Positions 23,597-26,306 of a stretch of DNA of 26,306 nucleotides are shown here, piece after piece. Every line of letters begins with the position of its first letter. Position 1 is the first letter of the stretch. The notes beneath the pieces were generated by a model that had not been told where the DNA came from, did no database searches, and saw only the letters and a program-made list of their open reading frames with translations. Made by a program: the position numbers and the translations under genes. Source of the stretch: Methanobacteriota archaeon (GTDB lineage Archaea; Hydrothermarchaeota; Hydrothermarchaeia; Hydrothermarchaeales; JACRDW01); the NCBI GenBank assembly GCA_043820925.1, contig JBDRDL010000063.1, positions 1 to 26,306 on the forward strand. Reading direction: 5' to 3'.

Positions 23597-25747
23597 CTAT
23601 AATTTCATTAGGAGTTCGACCGTTTTTTGAGGAGAACCCAAGTTGAACTTTGCCTTGCTGCCACCCAATCCTACTTTTATGGAATAAGCATTGCTGGGAA
23701 GCGCACCAAACAAGTCTTCGTCCGTGGTGTCGTCGCCTGCCCCTAAAATAAAATCCCAGCTTTCCCTTGAAATCCAGCTCAAGGCAACTTTGCCCTTGTT
23801 TGCACCCGTGGGTCGAATCTCAATCACCTTATCTCCAGATAAAATACTCACATCCATGTTTGCCGTGAGATGGGTCAGTTCAAGGTTTAGCTCATTTGCA
23901 GTTATCGTAGAGAGAAGCGGGTCTGACTTGCGGTAATGCCAGGCTATGGAGAAATCCTTATCTTCAATAAAAGAACCGGGGCATCTATCGGTATACAACT
24001 CGAGTATAGGCCTAATCTTATCTTTCCAATCCGATGAAGATACCTCGCTTTTCCATTCGGAAGCATGCTCCTTGACCCAAATTCCGTGCTCAGCAACAAG
24101 ATTAATCCGCAATTTTCCAAACCAATTATAAAGAGTCCCTTTATCTCGACCGCTTACAAGAACAACGGTATTCTCGTTGCAAAGGCGATTCAGCAGGCTT
24201 AATAGCTCTCCGGAAGGCGCGGCCTCCTCAGGCTCCTCGGTAAAGGGCACAAGCGTGCCGTCGTAATCCAGAAATAAGAGACGATGCTTTGCACGTTTAT
24301 AGCGCTCTATTAATTCACTCTCGGTTTCGCCGCTCATCACATTCATTGCAAAGGCATGCTGGCATTGCTTCACCTCGCTCAAGTTGCTCAGGAAATCTTC
24401 AGCCCAGCGGCGGGCATCGTAGTTTTTCAGACGCTTTCTCATGGCTCTAATGCGTTTCCGCTGCTCTTCCAATGGCATATTCAGTGCTTTCGAGAGCAAA
24501 TCGGCAAAACCATTTTTATCTCTAGGATTCACGATAACCGCTTCAACGAGCTCTTTTGAAACGCCTGCAAATTCGCTTACCACAAGCACTCCGGTTTCCT
24601 CCCCTCTTGTCGCAACATACTCTTTCGCCATGAGATTCAAACCGTCGCGCAGGGAAGGAAAAACAGCAGCGTCGGCTATGGAGTACAAATCCATCAGCTG
24701 GTCGAAGGAGAAAGTTCGATAGAAATACCAGATGGGATTCCAATCTACCCTGCCGAAGCGTCCGTTAATTCTCCCTACCTTTTCATCGATGTCCTTCTTC
24801 AACGAGCGATACTCTTCTACATGAATGCGCGAAGGTGCAACGCCCAATATCAGGGATACCTCCCCCTGCTCATTGGGATACTTTTCGAGGAACAGCTCAA
24901 AGGCATCTAATAATTCTGGGATTCCTTTGGTGTAGTCAAGACGTGCGATAGACAATATTATCTTTTTATCCCCGTATTTTTCCCGCAGCTCTTTTGCCAG
25001 TTGTTTTTTCTCTTTGCTTACTTTATCAAATCTCTCAAAATCTATCCCCATCGGAAAGGCACCAACGTGAACAATGCGATTCTTAAAAATAATTTCGCCT
25101 AATTTGTTGTCTATGCCAAAGAGCCCGAGCACAGGGTTAAGGAAGTTTCTCGCATAGCCGTAGGTATGGAAGCCTATTAAATCAGCGTGCAAAAGAGCTT
25201 CGAGCACTTCTCTGTCCCAGGGCAGCAGGCTAAAAATCTCAAGCGGTGGAAAAGGTACGTGGAAGAAGAAGCCTATGGTTGCGTCTGGAAGACGTTCTCT
25301 AAGATATTTGGGGAGGAGCATTAGATGGTAATCGTGTATCCAGATAGTATCCGTTGCCCGCGCCACTTCCAGAACTCTGTCGCAAAATAAGCGATTTACT
25401 TTCTTATAAGCCTCCCATTCGAAAGTTTTAAACTTGGTAATCAGCGGAAAAGAGTGAAAAAGCGGCCAGAAGGTATTGTTGCAGATGCCATAATAGAATT
25501 TTTCTACCTCCTCCTGATTCAGGAAAACAGGATGGCAGCGGTGTTCCTGCAGCAGTTCTTTTTCAATTTGAGCATCGCCCTGGAAAACTGCACCTGGCCA
25601 ACCTATCCAGATACTTTCCCCTCTTTCATGGATTGGTTTCAAAACAGTGGCTAAGCCGCCTATGCTTCGATGAAAAAGCAGTCTGCCCTTTTTCTTCTCA
25701 ACTGTTACGGGTAGTCGGTTGGCTATAATTAGCGTCCTTTGGGTCAT
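23597..25747 (-). CDS. Bifunctional trehalose-6-phosphate synthase/phosphatase (OtsA-OtsB fusion)
   Basis: GT20 motifs NRLP, GGLA, WIGWPG, WIHDYHL, RLDYTKG and RDGLNL..KEY. HAD motifs FLDYDGTL, SGRD, AEHG and GDDTTDED. Confidence 0.96.
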   Translation of the reverse strand: MTQRTLIIANRLPVTVEKKKGRLLFHRSIGGLATVLKPIHERGESIWIGWPGAVFQGDAQIEKELLQEHRCHPVFLNQEEVEKFYYGICNNTFWPLFHSFPLITKFKTFEWEAYKKVNRLFCDRVLEVARATDTIWIHDYHLMLLPKYLRERLPDATIGFFFHVPFPPLEIFSLLPWDREVLEALLHADLIGFHTYGYARNFLNPVLGLFGIDNKLGEIIFKNRIVHVGAFPMGIDFERFDKVSKEKKQLAKELREKYGDKKIILSIARLDYTKGIPELLDAFELFLEKYPNEQGEVSLILGVAPSRIHVEEYRSLKKDIDEKVGRINGRFGRVDWNPIWYFYRTFSFDQLMDLYSIADAAVFPSLRDGLNLMAKEYVATRGEETGVLVVSEFAGVSKELVEAVIVNPRDKNGFADLLSKALNMPLEEQRKRIRAMRKRLKNYDARRWAEDFLSNLSEVKQCQHAFAMNVMSGETESELIERYKRAKHRLLFLDYDGTLVPFTEEPEEAAPSGELLSLLNRLCNENTVVLVSGRDKGTLYNWFGKLRINLVAEHGIWVKEHASEWKSEVSSSDWKDKIRPILELYTDRCPGSFIEDKDFSIAWHYRKSDPLLSTITANELNLELTHLTANMDVSILSGDKVIEIRPTGANKGKVALSWISRESWDFILGAGDDTTDEDLFGALPSNAYSIKVGLGGSKAKFNLGSPQKTVELLMKL

Positions 25748-25753
25748 GTATCG

Positions 25754-25810
25754 TCAGCACCTCTTCTTCTTTGCAGCCTTTTTCCTAGCAGTTTTCTTCT
25801 TCGCCACCAT
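25754..25810 (-). CDS. Candidate 18-aa Lys/Ala-rich peptide MVAKKKTARKKAAKKKRC
   Basis: Fills the gap between the upstream mscS stop and the TPSP start. A GGAGGTGA SD lies 4 nt upstream of its ATG. Confidence 0.5.
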   Translation of the reverse strand: MVAKKKTARKKAAKKKRC

Positions 25811-26305
25811 TCATTCACCTCCTCGGCTTTTCTCTTGGGGGTAATACAGCACCCTCGCCGGGAAGGAAATCTCGATTCCCTCCTCGCGGTAGCGCTTGTG
25901 CAGTTTTTTTACGAATTCATGAACCAACAGGTACTGGTCCACGAACTTTTCCACGCGAAGGATTATTGAGAAGTTTATATTGGATTCGCCAAAGGTGTGG
26001 TACCTTATGAAAGGCTCGAAATTTTTAACAGCCCCTGGAACCGTTTTCTGCATCTCTCTTGCGACCTCTACTGTAACCCTTTCAACTTTCTCCAAACCAG
26101 AATCGTAGCTCACGCCACACTGGAGCACCACTGCCATCTCCTCCTCAGGTAGATAGTAATTGATTATCCTGCTTTGAGCAAGTCTTGCATTCGGCACTAC
26201 CACGATGTTGTTGGGCAGGGTTTTTATTCTCGTGCTGCGCCAGCCGATCTCCTCCACATATCCTTTATCCCCTGTATCCAACTCTATGTAATCACCTATC
26301 CTTAT
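25811..26305 (-). CDS. mscS: Second MscS-family channel, C-terminal part (start outside the window)
   Basis: IRIGDYIELDTG.KGYVEEIGWRSTRI...VVPNARL...IINY and FGESNINF...EGIEISFP motifs. The frame is open to the window end. Confidence 0.93.
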   Translation of the reverse strand: MRIGDYIELDTGDKGYVEEIGWRSTRIKTLPNNIVVVPNARLAQSRIINYYLPEEEMAVVLQCGVSYDSGLEKVERVTVEVAREMQKTVPGAVKNFEPFIRYHTFGESNINFSIILRVEKFVDQYLLVHEFVKKLHKRYREEGIEISFPARVLYYPQEKSRGGE

Positions 26306-26306
26306 G

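Noticed and set aside
1..26306. Genome-wide TAG recoding to pyrrolysine
   Set aside because: TAG ends many genes at their expected C-termini (rps27e, RNA ligase, HARP, TPSP, MutS-like).

Overview
Archaeal chromosomal window, Euryarchaeota-like. Evidence: archaeal ribosomal proteins, aIF2-alpha, Nop10, tRNA introns with bulge-helix-bulge (BHB) splice motifs, TATA/BRE promoters and GGAGGTG Shine-Dalgarno sites. A finer taxonomic call is not possible from the sequence alone. Left to right it holds: the 3' end of a probable cca gene; an AT-rich type II R-M-like pair; a MutS-like ATPase, DUF362, HDAC and GT2 genes; the conserved rpl44e-rps27e-aIF2alpha-nop10-PAC2 operon; several decayed genes (lipoprotein, PIN toxin, FAD-reductase stub); EndoQ; a large Cys-rich ComEC-type MBL lipoprotein; and an orphan histidine kinase. 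Five tRNA genes follow: Val-GAC, Ala-CGC, Ile-GAT, Met-CAT with intron and Glu-CTC with intron. Among them lie a small island (Zn-ribbon, HxlR, membrane protein plus NDT) and an ATP-dependent RNA ligase abutting the protein-only RNase P homolog HARP. The window ends with an mscS / trehalose-6P synthase-phosphatase / mscS cluster. The most unusual signal is non-coding: a family of modular, covarying hairpin elements in intergenic gaps. Three tRNA genes share a trailer T(A/T)TCTC(A/G)GC...GCCGAGACCCA. A 155-bp integrase-free segment is bounded by a duplicated tRNA-Glu 3' end, and a related hairpin sits inside the tRNA-Met intron. All protein family calls come from motif recognition by eye, not database searches.
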